Source: Lingula anatina (lineage: Eukaryota > Animalia > Brachiopoda). Taken from it: a stretch of 64,000 nt of DNA. The notes beneath the pieces were generated by a model. The model searched no databases and was not told the origin of the DNA. It saw nothing but the letters and a program-made list of their open reading frames with translations. Made by a program: the position numbers and the translations under genes. How positions within the stretch are numbered: the stretch's first letter is position 1; each line of letters begins with the position of its first letter. The stretch lies in NCBI GenBank assembly GCA_051362555.1, contig CM120640.1, positions 4,960,001-5,024,000 of the forward strand, given 5' to 3'. Below, one piece after another: positions 22,301 to 36,514 of the stretch.

Positions 22301-25300
22301 AGGAAAAAAACACTTCTTACACACCCCTCATAACGCTTGAACTGCAGTCTAGCACTGGAATTGATTGGACGCCCGTAGGCTTGTCCAAGCTCAAGAGAAC
22401 TTTCTTTGGAGAGCAATCTTTGCACGGTATTTAGATATATCGATCCTTGAAACTAGATCAGCTCCGTGACTTCCTGGCGGTAATTTGGTTCCATCAACCT
22501 CCGGCTTTCTGGCAGATTGGCCATAGGTTGAGTAGAGCTCGGAACGCCACTTCCCATAGGTTCTCATGGCGTCCCGCAACTCAAGCACGAGATCTTTCAA
22601 GCGGATTGAACGCTTCGTTACGTCGGTCAAAATCCTTTCTAGTCACGCAATTACAATCACAGGGTTTCTAATTACCATCTTCTTATTATTACATCCGATA
22701 TAACAAAGCGATGGACAGTTTTCTGTAGGTGCATTTAATAAGTACACTCCTTTGTAGATTAACCCCGGGCGTACAACCGCTAGTTGACGAATTTCGACCC
22801 ACTCTTATAATATGCAGAAAAATATAAGGCTGCAATATCTTCATAAACACTGACGTATGGTATGAATTTGATGTTGAATATCAAATTTTGTCATAGCCCC
22901 AGTTTTGGGGGGGGGGGGGTGAGAGTGGGCAAAAATTCGTTCTACAAGCGAGTCCAGAGTAACGGGTTTTAGGACTGAAAAGTGATACCTTGGATTGTAG
23001 GAAAATACGTTAAAAACAATTAGCACTGTACTTCAACATACACTAATGAGATGGGAGTTTCACGAGTGTCCCCGAACTCAAAGTAGCAGACATGGTTGAT
23101 ATCCGTGTCCCATGATGAGGGTATAAGACCAATACCAAACCAATATGTTACTTTGAATAGGCACACATTTCTGATATTTTCCCCTCAAACACGCACCCGC
23201 CACCATATTAAGTCTTAGGGAAGGTGTGTTCCTTTGTGAGTCGGCATCGACGTCTTCTAACAAAGTAGACGTGTTACCTACATAGAGAAATCGATCGAAA
23301 GGTGCCCCATCTGGAAAATCGGCGATCCCGCGTAATCACTAGTAGCGGACTCCGGTTGTTAAAGCTGTTTTGACATGCGAACCAGGGCATGAAGTCGTGA
23401 TTCCCACATCATCTACAGCCGTCATTTCACTTGATGACAGGCTCTTTTCTGTATTGCCTTTGTGTGCAGTGGGAAGACATGGAAGGTGCTACATGCCATA
23501 TACATGTAATAATTTTTACCTGTCTTACAGTCATCTAGATAATCAGACTGGCTGAAATTCAATGTTTTGATTGGCCAAATTATTTAAGTAAGATAAAACT
23601 CATCTTCTTATATCTTGTTTGTAAATATAAGTGATTAATAATATTAAAATTATGAATATAAAACTACGTTCCATCCTGTCCCATTATTTCAAACTGTTGA
23701 GGTGTACTCAGGTCTAACTTACAATGCCGCGTGTTATGTTAATTCTTGATGTTGATATTCTAAATATGATCACGATTAATCCTCATATGTTGTTGATCTT
23801 TATAACCAACAAGCAAGCGAAAGAGAAAAACGCCGTGCATCAATTGTGGCCGATAACAATATCTTATATAAGTTGCATGCGCGATGGATGTGTTTCGCTA
23901 GTATTTCGATCGATATGAACTTAAAGATCCCTCATTACCTTTTACATATATACAGCACGCTTTTTTTTCTTTTATTTGACAGATCGCCGAAACCTACGCA
24001 TTTCTTCCCCGTGAAGCCGTAACTCATTTCTTGATGGCCTGTTCTGATTGTCAGAAGAGGATGCACCTGGGGGAAAGTAACAACAATAACAACACTCTGA
24101 CGTCTGACCTGCCCGTCATCGACTTCAGTCTACCCATCACGACCACCTACTTAAATCATATGCGAGGAAAGGGCTATACCAAAGAAGACATCCTGTACAG
24201 GGATCACGAGGTTTGTGTGTGTGTGTGTGTGTGTGTGTGTTTTAAATTATTTTTTTGCTGTAAGTCTAACAACGTGGTGTTATATTTAAAATACCCAGAT
24301 AAACTTGTGTGAAGGATATGACGGATATGCCAATATCATTTTACCTTTAATCTGGAAATGAGATAACGATTCAGTATTGATATTGATATAAATATTGATA
24401 AAAATAATTGTCAAAATTTCACTAAGAATAAATAAATAAATTAATTAATTAATTAATTAATAGTTTAATAAACACATAGATAAATAAGTAAAAAATAATA
24501 GAAAATTAAATGACAGCAAAGGCAATAGTTTCATAAGAGACTGAACATGTTGTAACCTATGATGGAGGCATGACGGTCTGACCACTCATCGAAGGGCCTT
24601 GATCACGTGGCTGACTGACAAGAGACAATGAGAGCCTATTTCATCAAAAAAATCACATATCTTCAAAAGTCAGACGATCTGATTACACATCTTACTCTTA
24701 TCACTTTTAAAAAGATCAACAGTCTTTCATTTTCTGGGCTATTTTGTTTCTTAATGCTGAAAGGAACCTTACTGATTTGTTTTTTTATTTTTTAACGTTG
24801 AAAAAAGACAACCTTAACATTAAAACTTCTGGTATGCCACATTGATATTTAATGCATTAAGATGAGCTGACTTTGGACTGATACAAGTCTTCGCCTAGGT
24901 AATCACGAATATTGCAATCAAAAACGTACCGCATCAAAGTTTTATAAATCCATTGACTGGTCGTCACTAAAAAGAGCATATATGGTTAAATATGGTGCGC
25001 CTTGTTCATATCAATGTGAATAGTTTAATTCATTTTCAACAGTTTTATTATTCAAGTTTTACGTTGTTAATAATCACATCAACCCAAAACTCACTGGGGA
25101 CCGTGCCTCCCAAAATAGTGACCAAATGAAATTTTAAAAAGTCCACGCAGACTCGTGTGGATAAGGGTATTGCAGTTCATTTTTTTCACTCAAGTATAGA
25201 CACCCTCTGTCGCCAGAATTAGTGAAGCAAGCGACGGTGCAATCACTGTCGCGGAAATTGTTCACGGAATACGTCTGAAACCTAAGCATGACAGCCATGT

Positions 25301-28300
25301 TCCATCCAGACGTCTGTCAGATTCTAAGCCTCCGCTTCACCAAATGTCTCCAATCAGTGATTTATTTGAAAAGTGTCTAGTTTCTCACAGTAATGAAACA
25401 AAATTATCTCATTACGATATGTTGAACGTACTATTTTGGGACTAAGGATTACCGTAAGAATCTCGTCTTTATGTTATCGGTGGTTGGGGGGGCCAATTTT
25501 TTATAGCATAATAAAGAGCGCTTGTGACGCAATCGCAATTTTAAATATATTCCATATGAAAGTTTTGAAAAAAAAATCGTATCTGAAACCGACCATTCCT
25601 CCTCAAACGACAGTGGTGATTGTTGCAGGTGAGACAGCAGTTGTTTACCCAAACGCAGTTGCTTCAGTTGCGTTTAACACCATCCCAACAAAACCATTTT
25701 AACAAAAGCCGATTGTTTGATTCCTATCCACGTAATCTTCAATAAGGCAGCAGAAGTCTTGTCAGAGACCGTAAATAAAAATGTAAATTATATTGCAAAA
25801 CAAGAAAATATACATTTCAATGTTATACGAAATGTCATGTAAAAATTTCCCGAATATGGCAATAATAAAGTGACACTTCAACACTTCAGTTTTTATCGCC
25901 AGAATATTTTTGCTTGATTTGATTGTTTCAAAGTACAGCGGCTAGTACAGCGTTAGCTTAGGTAAAGGGATAACAACTCCTCATTTTGGCGGGAAAAGTT
26001 CCATAAAACTGATTATCCTGGGATAAGCGACAATTTTTCCATACTTCCTAATGGTTAATGCAACCGTTCCAACATTCAAAGTAAGTCGATTTTTCTTGAA
26101 GTGCAGTTTTTGTAATAACCTCTTAAGATATTATTAGGGAGGGTAGCCAATTATGAAGGTCCACGAGGTCCGATGGCTAGCACAGATTTCAGAATAGCGA
26201 TAACCACCACTTTTGGTGGCAAAATGGAATTTATTTATTTATTTTGTTTACAATGTATTAATTGTGGAAATTTTCAATCTCATATGAAAGGTTGTTATCG
26301 CTTTAAAGTAAAACGTATTTGAAATATCAACCAATTATCAACTATTTAGTAACGGAAAACTAATGTCTGAGAGCACCATCGTTAATATCGTTAATAACCA
26401 CGAGTGCTGCATTGCAATTGTAATCACACTCTGATAGACCTATAATATCTCTACTTTTGTTATTCTCTAGAGGGAAATGTCGCAATTCTCCATTTATAGT
26501 GCTAAGTACTATTGGACACTTGGGGTTTTGATATGCTACTATATTCTTTAAAACTTGCACGCTGTTCTCCCTAGCGCAGTCACACGTTACGTGTCAATGA
26601 TACTAGACAATAAGAGCCCATAATTCTTGAACTTCTGACTTTCTTGTTACATATTTGTCGAACCTGACCAGTAAAAACAGATGTTTGAAGAGTTACGCCC
26701 GTTCCGCATGAAGAATGAGTGCTGTGCCGCAGCATTCTTTGCATTAGCTGGTTAAGCAACGGTAAGGTTGCATGTAATGCTTAGCCTGGAGGCCAGTCAC
26801 ATTCTTACTTTCAAAATAGAAATGATAAATGTGAATGAATAGATAAATGAAAATACGAGAGGAACTTAATGGTAACTATGACAAACACTGAGAAACATTT
26901 CGACCCAAAATATTTTAGAATATAGTAGAGCAAAGTGAACCATCTGTTATTTATTTTCTTGCTTTGGTCTTAAAATCGCAGAGAATTAAGTCAATACCCG
27001 AGCTAAAGTATATTGAGTGTGCACAGTGTCAACCTTTGACTTTGGTGTCAACCGTACATTGAGAAAATTGGAACATGGTTGGAAGAGGAAAAGTCCATGG
27101 CCACCATGACGTGTTTAATTGCAAAAAAAATTTAGTGCTGTACCTTAGATGGCCCTTATTATTAAAATTATCATGCTGAGTTATATGCTGCGGGTTATGT
27201 TGTTTTATCAGAGGTCGGGAATTAAAATGTATATCAGTACCCGCATATAGTGACTGGGAGATACAGTTCCTTCACTGTGGAATGGCAGCGAGTGACAGGG
27301 CAGCAGCGGTGCTGTTTAGAATCAGGAGTTGACATCAGGAGTTGCCGTGGTATCTTGAAACGTTTCTTAACGGACACAGTTCCTTTCTTATCTTATATCT
27401 AATCTGCAGCAGAGGGATACTGTTTCATTAGTCAGATCATAAGAAAGAAGGAAAAAACAGGTGGTTTGTATAAAGGTCAAAGGTGCATATTTATTCCTCC
27501 CCCCTCACACCCCCCCCAAAAAAAAATTATATATATATATATTGAAATAATAAGTCAGCATCTAAAAGCCCCTGAAAAAACACTCTGAACGGTGGTGACA
27601 TTGCCAGATATCTCAGAAACAAATTACTACTGAGATCAATACGCCGTTGTTCCGCCTGCGTGGCACGTTCTGTAGAGCGTCGCCCATCAAGGAGTACCGG
27701 GGAAGATATTATGACGCCTACCATGTAATGGACGCAGTGCTCGGTGCTCCCTTGTGATGAAAATCGCGTCTTGAACACCATTGTCTTGGATTAATTTACC
27801 TGGCTCCTTTTCCGCGCTGAGTCATTTGAACGTTATGTTGTCATGGAAACTAAATTCTACTCCCCGTTTTAAGTCCTTGTCTCTCTCCATCAAGCCTCCT
27901 CTGAATGCAAGGGAGCATGCAAGAGATAAACCCCCGCGTGCATGCTAATGCACAAATGTCATTTTCACTTAGAATGAAAGGTTGTGTCTCAAAGAAATCA
28001 AAAAGCAAGGCGAACCCGTATTTCTGAGGTGGTCGCGATATGGGCACTCGTGGGAATAGACACAAACCGGTTGACGCATTCAGATGGGTGTCCACGGCAC
28101 GGGGTATCGATTGCTTTCTTTCTCTGTGTCATTGTAATGTTTACGCTGTGATTAAGCATGGAGAAAATAAATGTGCGAGTGTTCTAAAAATCTATGAGTG
28201 GGAGACCGAACGAAACAGAAGAAAGGTGTATAATTTTTTTGCATTGTAAAATCGTCCTTTAATTGAATGTATAATAAATGATTTTTTTATTACGGCGATC

Positions 28301-31300
28301 AAAATTACGTTAAAGGGTTAATTTGTAGTCAAATGTTGTGTACTTCCCCCTCGGTCTGTGTCCTTAAAAGGTATTTATCTTATACCGGTCAACGCTTATG
28401 AATTTAAATTTCGATATATGACTTGTGTTTAATTTCTGAGTAAAGGCCTCGGGAAATGTATCTTTTTTTCAAAATCCAAAAGCCAAAATACACTCTTCCA
28501 CCGTGCCCTTCACGGCAGTTATTTCTCAAATTGCAAACGGGGCAAAAAATGAAACGTTTATATATAATTGAACCGAAAACATTAAGACTTGTAATCTAGT
28601 CTCTCATTTTATGTACAGACACAAAATAGCCGAATCTTCAATCTCAGCAGAAAATTGTAATGCACAGCATTTCATATTTTGAACTTCAGCAAAAACCCAC
28701 GCCTTGCCTTGCATATACATGTATAAACTGACCTAGTGAAACACGTAGAATTACTACGGCTGTCTCAGTTGGTTACCACTGTCAACATTTCATATGCCCA
28801 AGGAAAAACACACTCAGTTGATGCACTTTCTGCTTAATTGAAATTTGTTTTCTGGCGGGTATATTACCGGTGGACACAATAGCACGCCCGTAGATTGCAT
28901 TATTAATCTTACTAAAAGAAAGGGGTTCTGATAAACACGATCGCACAAATCAACGCGAAAAGAAAAAAAATGATTCTAACTGAAAGATTCTTAAAATGTG
29001 TTTACTATATGTAACAAAAAGAAAATTCTCTTCGGTCGTGATGATTTACTGTCAATGATTTCATGCCAACTTTGAAATCGAAATATTCACAAAAGTTTAT
29101 TGCCAAAAGATTTCATGTACATCGCCTTCTCGGGTGAATTCTATAGAAAAGAGGCTTCTTGCCTTTTGAAAGTTTAGCTATTTAACATATAGATTACCAT
29201 AAGTAGTCGAATAAGTTATGCATAAATTCACTGCTCACGTTGATGTCGTATCCTTATTAATTAGCCCCTGTAATCGTTTTTCTGATAAACATATTTCCAT
29301 CCGCTGTATTGTTAGAATTCAAGGAATACAGTCGTTCGCTTGTGTAATAGTCCTACAGCATGTTTCTCTGAACATTGGTCCTGTTTCCTGTCAGTTGAGA
29401 TTTTAGGATGAATAATTTCCGACTGTTTTTGGTCTTTTTTATACTGGTGAACGGATATACTCCAAAGTGAATGTAGATTCTTACATACAAAATATTTGAA
29501 TAAATATGATTGAGTTCCGCTGGTTGGCTTCACAAAATAACTTTTACCCGAAAATTGGTCTAAAAATTTGGTCAGCAAAATTCGGTCAGCTTTAATTAGG
29601 TACATCCATAGTAATCCATAAAAATGAAGTAAGCAATAGTCGGAAACTTTAGCCATGTCTTTCTTGTTATAAAACACGTGCATTGTTTCACATGATTGGA
29701 CTGCCACTGATACATCTTGGGTCAAATAGACTAAAATTGTAGTCTAAAATCAAATTTTGGGCCTAAGTCATTTCATGAAAAAGGTCTCGGATATTTAAAA
29801 TTTTATTTTAGCCTCTTGAGGCGGGAGGTAACTTCATCATATAAAACCCAACAAATTCGCCAAGATCATATACAATTAAAGTTTCATAAAGTGACATAAC
29901 GAGCAATCTGTGTCAACAAATTACCCCTGCAACTAGATACAGGTGAATGTAAAATATTGATATTACTCTGATTGGCGCCCAATTTGAGACCGCCCAGGAC
30001 AAGCGTTTGTTTTAGTTGATTGGGTTCCGTGAAATAGGTCAATTAGGCAATGGATTTCTGATCTACACACTTCCTCTCTTGGGCAATTGCCCCCAGTGTA
30101 TACCAATATGACAGCCAAATATCAAGCTTTAATCGTGAAAGTTGCCACCGATTGCCTTTGAAAAAAAAAGAAAGTGGAGAGTAGAAAATTATTATGATCG
30201 AAATTGGCTCTCATGGTTTTAGCTAACGCAAAAACAGTATAAAATTTAAGATTGTAGGCCTTACAATTATTCACTGCAAGAAAAGTATTTATCTCTCTCA
30301 CCTTAAGTTAGAAAAATAATGTAATAGCAAAGTATATCCAAATTAAGATTTTCTCTCACCTCGCCAGTTAAATCTGGTCTTTCATTATGCAAAAGGCAGT
30401 CGCTTGGGATACGATCAGAATTCCGAAACAGCTATATTTTTCTCTGACAAATTTGTGTTATTTATTTCGTACTAAAGAGATTATAGCTCTTAGTAACTAA
30501 CACGTGTTTGAGACTGCTTAGAAAGAGTCCCAAGAGTTCGGTTCTACAACCAAATAAACTTAACGTTATGATTACGTCTTAAATGTAACAGGATTTAAAG
30601 AGAATTTGACGGGGCATTTTTTAGCTTGGTTCTGCTTTGACCAAGGACACCTGCAATGTAACTTACACATTAGAAAAAAAAATAAATGTCTCCGTCTCCT
30701 TATATATACACATTCCCTTTGTGTTGTACCAAAATGTCCATTCAATTCCCTTTCCGTTTCTCGCTCATGTGCCGTGTCAATAAGGATAATTAAAACTGAT
30801 GTAAGCATTCACAGATGACCTGGTGCCGCAAGTGATAAAAGAGAGGGAGAGAAGATAGAGAAAAAAGAAATCAACTCAAGCACGCGAAGTGAATGCAAGT
30901 GACATTTATGCGGAACGGAATCGCGTCTTGCTATTGTTGATCTAGTTATAAGCCAGAAAGTTGATTGTCTGTTGTAACTTGTGTCTCTCTATTGTTTAAA
31001 ATGCAACCAAAATATGAATTTCCGTACCTGGTCATATATCAATATTTTCTCGACTAATACGAACATCACCTGATTAAGCCTCTTTTTGTACCAATTTAAT
31101 ATTGTCTTCTAATGGCCTCCGTCGGATTCATAACGCGAGCTCTACCTACAGTCTCGTCTCCTGGAAAATCTGGCCGTGTCAATATTTAAGATATGAAAAT
31201 AAGAGAGCGTGTTCGATTGTATGGAAAATTGTGGGATTATTCCCACCCGCTCCACTTAAAAAGAATTTCATTTGATTAAATGTCACTCCCCCCGCACATA

Positions 31301-34300
31301 CAATCCGAAGTCTTGACAAACCCCGAGCACATTTCTACTCAAGATTCGCTTATTGGGAATCTTTAGAGCAGATAGTTGGATCAAAGAAATGCGATTTCCC
31401 CTCTGCGATCGACACGGTATGCCTCAGTGCTTAATAACAACGCCACAAGATGTATAGCGGTGAAACATCCACCTTTTGTTCATTATGATAGGCTTATAGA
31501 ATCCAGGCTAGCTACACGAAAATGGCTGGAAATCCTCTGAAGAATTAGATGACGTGCGATCAATATTTAAGGGGTACCGTTCTCCCCTAGGGTGTGCTAT
31601 TACAGTCAACTAAGTCTTTGTTCTCGTATCGAAAACCGATCGCACGTTTCCCCTACAGGCCCCTTCCTTTGTAGCCAAATAACCCCCTTGTCACACTTAA
31701 TGGACCTGCGGGCCCTCGGACGCATGCTCAAATGGGGTATATTGTTACGCCTGTAGAATATTTGGATAATTGCCTTTCACCCGTATGTGAGCTTGCAAGC
31801 CGCGCTGAAGTGTGTGCATGAATAGGATCCAATATTATTAATAATTCCCAGAGTAACTACTACTGTCGAATTCAGCACGCAGTACAGAGCTGGCACTGCG
31901 GTGACTTGACATCTCAAGTTAATCCAGATTAACATTCATCTGGTGTGTTTTCACTTCGAAAAAAGAACTTGCCAAGATTTCGTTTCTTTATTTCCGAGCG
32001 AAGAGAGGACAAGTGGGAGAGCCATTGCCTGTCACAATCTGCCTCTCAGAATAAGGGTGTCATCACTAGAGACAATATATTTATATAATAGACAAGATTC
32101 GCCAAAGACATCTCTGTCAAAGCCGGATCAATGTCGAAGAGTACAAGTAAGACTACCAAGGGGAAATTAGAGGTAAAGTTTCACTGTTATAATAACACAG
32201 TGGGTAGAGGTAGGATTTCTCTTTGTGGGCAGATAATTACCCTCCGTGGCACGCGCCATGTTAATCCTTTTGTGTGCCTTCAGCCAGTCAAAATGGCGGA
32301 CAAGGGTACAAGATAATAGTCGGCGCGTGCCACTATTAAATACGTGAACGACAGCCCCCATTCTGTTCGCTATAGTGAACAAACAGTTTCTATTGACCTT
32401 TCTGTGAATGTAGGTTGAAAGCACTCAGGTGGCCTGATATGACAGATGATAAAATGAAAATCACGGCCACGAGAAATAGATATGGCAGTTTTGTAAAATT
32501 AAAACATTTTATTTTTCTACATTAGAGGTCACCTTTATCATTCACACTTTATTTTAATAACAAACTCGAAAGGTGCGCAGATGACGAATGCATTACAACA
32601 TCCTGTATAACACGTTTCGTGGTCAGGGAGACATTTAATAAAAGTGAACTAAAATGAAATATGTAAATACAAGTGAATTTGAAAGGAAGAGTATGAGTTT
32701 CATTGAAGCTCACGCTTTCTGCTGGCGAGGTCATAAATTTCACTCGAACGATCACTTATGGCACTGCAATTTTCCCAGCATAACCTACTGCCGAATATAG
32801 CTATACGCTACTTCCATACAACCGGGGCGGTGTATGCGAATTGCGTGAGAGCGAAAAATCGATAATTCTGAGCCTTTTGCTGAATCTAGAACTCAAGATA
32901 CCATGATAATTTTGGGCATGTCTTGTATAAATTAAGCTGTTTATTCTCCCGTAGTCGAACCCAATCTAGCGGCAGCCAGCTGTTTCCACACATAGTACAC
33001 TGCCTTATGTCGCATCGCACTGCCTCTCCTTCCGTGCAGGAGTAAATTTTGCAAGCGAAGAAAGAATCACGTTTGCAATGATTGAAAGAGTAGTCGCAAA
33101 TTAATGCCAAACACAAGCAGTTAAACCTATCCCCGTGAAGCAACACGAGACATTGAAAGAGTGAGTGAAATTGACAAAAGGGATCGCGGTATTGATGGGT
33201 TCTTTAACAGACTTTTAACTGCTTGATAAACAATCGATCGCCAGTCATGCCCTAATAATTTCTAGAAAAAGAAACAACAGAGACATTACCACTACGACGA
33301 GTTAAATTATATTTCAATCACGTTAGTTAGTGAATGGAGGTCCCTCGATACGTCCCGGGGATCAAGACAAAGAATGGCACTATTAAAAACGCGATCTAGA
33401 GAGGAGGGGGAAGATCATGCTTATTTCTCTCTCCCATTTGAAATCCTCCTGGGGCCCTCCTTGAAATCAGTCTTGAACGAAAGCGGAATTGTAGAGAAAA
33501 AAAAGAGGGTCTCTAATAACGATAGGCGCGTGCATAATATCTATGTATACTCGGTGCAAATAGTAACATTTTCGTTTTTCTCGCTGTGACCTCCGTGCAT
33601 TATGCATATTCAAATTACCACTTAGAGCGCACAGACAATGCAATATGTGACCATCGTCAACCCTCACAGAGGTGTTGGATATTGATCTGAAAGCGGCAGG
33701 TGGTACGCCACTATAGAACAGATCTTATAAGCCGCTGGCGGTCAGTGGTGTTCATCTACGCATAGGACACCGGTGAAAGCCAGATTGCGGGCCGAATTTC
33801 AGTAGTAAGGTGGCAGTAGGGGACACTTTGTCTACGTGACCACATCGAACTTCAAACGACACCTCAGATAAGACGTGCGTGGAGCTCCGCAGTACCCGAC
33901 TGAGCATATTTTCGGATTATCCTGTCCGATCTTGCCATTCAGGTCTGTATTTTTGTATGAAGAAGAAAATTAAGGTGAAATGAGGTTGTTATTGAAGACA
34001 GTCAATTGTGTAGTATAGGGAGTATCCTGTTCATCACAACATGTTTTCGTGAGGTGCATGGCTACCTCTCTCCTTTTGATTCGAGGTAATCGTGCGGTAC
34101 TGAAACAAGATCAGATCCTTCATTTTTTGTTTATTTCATAAGAGAGGATAGGTTCAATATTAGTCATTTTTTAAAATAATTAAGCGACATAAGCGTGTGA
34201 GATAATAATTTACCTTAACTCTTTAGTTGGTATAAAAACGACAATACCACCTTTAAAATATGAAAATGAAAGTGTGAAATATCCCTTTTGCGTTTTGGAT

Positions 34301-36480
34301 AAAAACTGACGTCACTTTCAGTTGCTGTGTATTTCCTGCTTGTGTCTTGATATTTCTCAGTTTTGGTTGACTGAATATTTTAACGCTGACTATAGCACGC
34401 GTTTTCTTGGTATCAACACTACGCTTTCACGAGAAATTAATTATATAGTTGAATTTGACACAATAAGATTAATTGTGTCTAATTAGAAGTCGTTTCAAAT
34501 TTTATATTTCATGTTTTACTGTCAGTATGGAATTTTCTGAAATAGTATTTCCTTGGTGAAATATAAAATCCTCCTCTCTGACTTGTGTTTAAGAGCTTAA
34601 ATACAACTCTTGAAAGAGGCACTTTTTTTCAAGTGTCAAGTTCCTATACGTACCAAATACAGTTTGTATTGTTTTTTTCCTTCTCAAGCGAAACAAGTTT
34701 CACTTTATTCCAATGATACGACGGAAGGATAGAGGTCTTAAAATGGATGGACCAATTGTGCTTTTCGGTAAATGCATAAGACGATGCACCCTTTTGTTGT
34801 AAAATGAACAGTAGATGGTGGTCCCGTGTATTTGGCCGGGGAAGTGTGAGTTGAGGGAGCACCTGCCCACGTCTGTTTAATCAGTCGGGGACACGGGGGT
34901 AGAGGACAATAGAGGCCATTTATGGGGTCAATAGAAAACCGGCCGCCAGAAGTGTGCACCTGTCGTGACGTCACACCCATGGCACGCGTTTGCACGTGTA
35001 TGCGTGTTTACACGTGAATTTGTAGAAATATTTTGAGGGTTAGAAAGCATTAAAAGAAGAAATTCGAATTCTCAGAGGTACTAAACACCAGACACCCCCA
35101 TTTTGCACCACTGATTATTTTAAATGGGGTTTTATTGCTATATAACATACACACTTTACACTTGTTAATAAGGATAACCTTTATATTACTGTAATATTAA
35201 CACCCAGTCTGTTCCCCGGAGTGATAAGCTACGGATGTCACCGAGATTATGCGTTGCGTTCGTTTACTATCCGCCTGTTAATTATAACATTTTACTAACA
35301 ACCATTTTACACCATATGGCGGATACTCCAGTCCCCCTTTTAGCAATCAAGTAGACACAGCTGTCACCGAACACCAACGGCGGTGACTGCTTGCGTAGGC
35401 ACATCTTTACCTACGTGGAATTCGAGTGTTTGCCCCGATATCAGTAGATTACAAGATGGGCTCGAGTGACTGAATCGTGAAACCCCTTACAAATTGATTG
35501 CTTAACGTGCCGGGGAGGCTTGCTAGGTGGTTTCAATATTTGAAATGAGAACTTATAACTTGTACACGTGAGCAAGCAGGAGAGCGGTGAGATCATTTCC
35601 CATCCCACTGTAATGAATTGAATCGATTTTTCTCTGGTGACCATAGTCTACCCGGCACCCCAGCTCGAGTTCCCACCGGCGACGTTGGTACCGCGTCTTT
35701 TACAGATTTTGGGGGCGCAAGAAGAAATGCATTGTTTTTTAAATGTTGTACAGTCACGATTTGAGAAGGAACAAAACCTTAGCCTCGGTTTACTCAGCGG
35801 TGTTGTTAGACTGTATCCTGCTCCCCTTTTCGCCCATCCTAATAAATTAAGTCCGTTTATTTGACGTCATCAGTTTAAAGTAGGAGTATGATAGATTTAT
35901 CTAAAAAATCACAAAAGTCGATCAGTTAGCTTGTACTTCTTTTTCGCCAGTGAAACAGTTTGTTATAGCTCTTGTTAAACTATTAAACTTAAATATAATT
36001 TATATGTCGTTTAAAAGGAGAAGTTCGTGATTGTTTCGTGTCGCAATAAAGCGAGTTTTAAGGTTGATTAATAACTGTGATTTTGATTTGCTGTATCTAA
36101 AAGAAGTTGACGGGAGGCTGTGGGTAAACTGTGAATTTCGTACTAGCAGAACGAAATCAAAACGATCTTGAAAAGACATTTTGATATAGCTTTTTGTTAG
36201 AATGTCATAGGTGAAGCTGAAATTGAGCACTATAAAAAATATCCAAATTCGACCAAAATAATTTTATATGTACATTGAAAAACTTAGCGCTAACGTTCGC
36301 TTTCTTCAATTTTTAACCAAGTGCGTGCGCAACGCGCAAAGATCAAACCGTATAATAAGAATCACATATAATTGTTTCGATGATAAGAATAAGAAACAAC
36401 TTATGATAAGTTTAATCAAAATAGGTTGTTATTATCACATCACCTGCAGATCTTTGCAAAAAAAAAAAAACCTTGTTATT

Positions 36481-36514
<34 letters not shown>

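Noticed and set aside
29375-29790. Possible MITE with GGTCCTGTTTC / GAAAAAGGTCTC ends, and the 137-aa ORF overlapping it
   Set aside because: Ends are too degenerate to confirm, no TSD was found, and the ORF has no recognisable domain.
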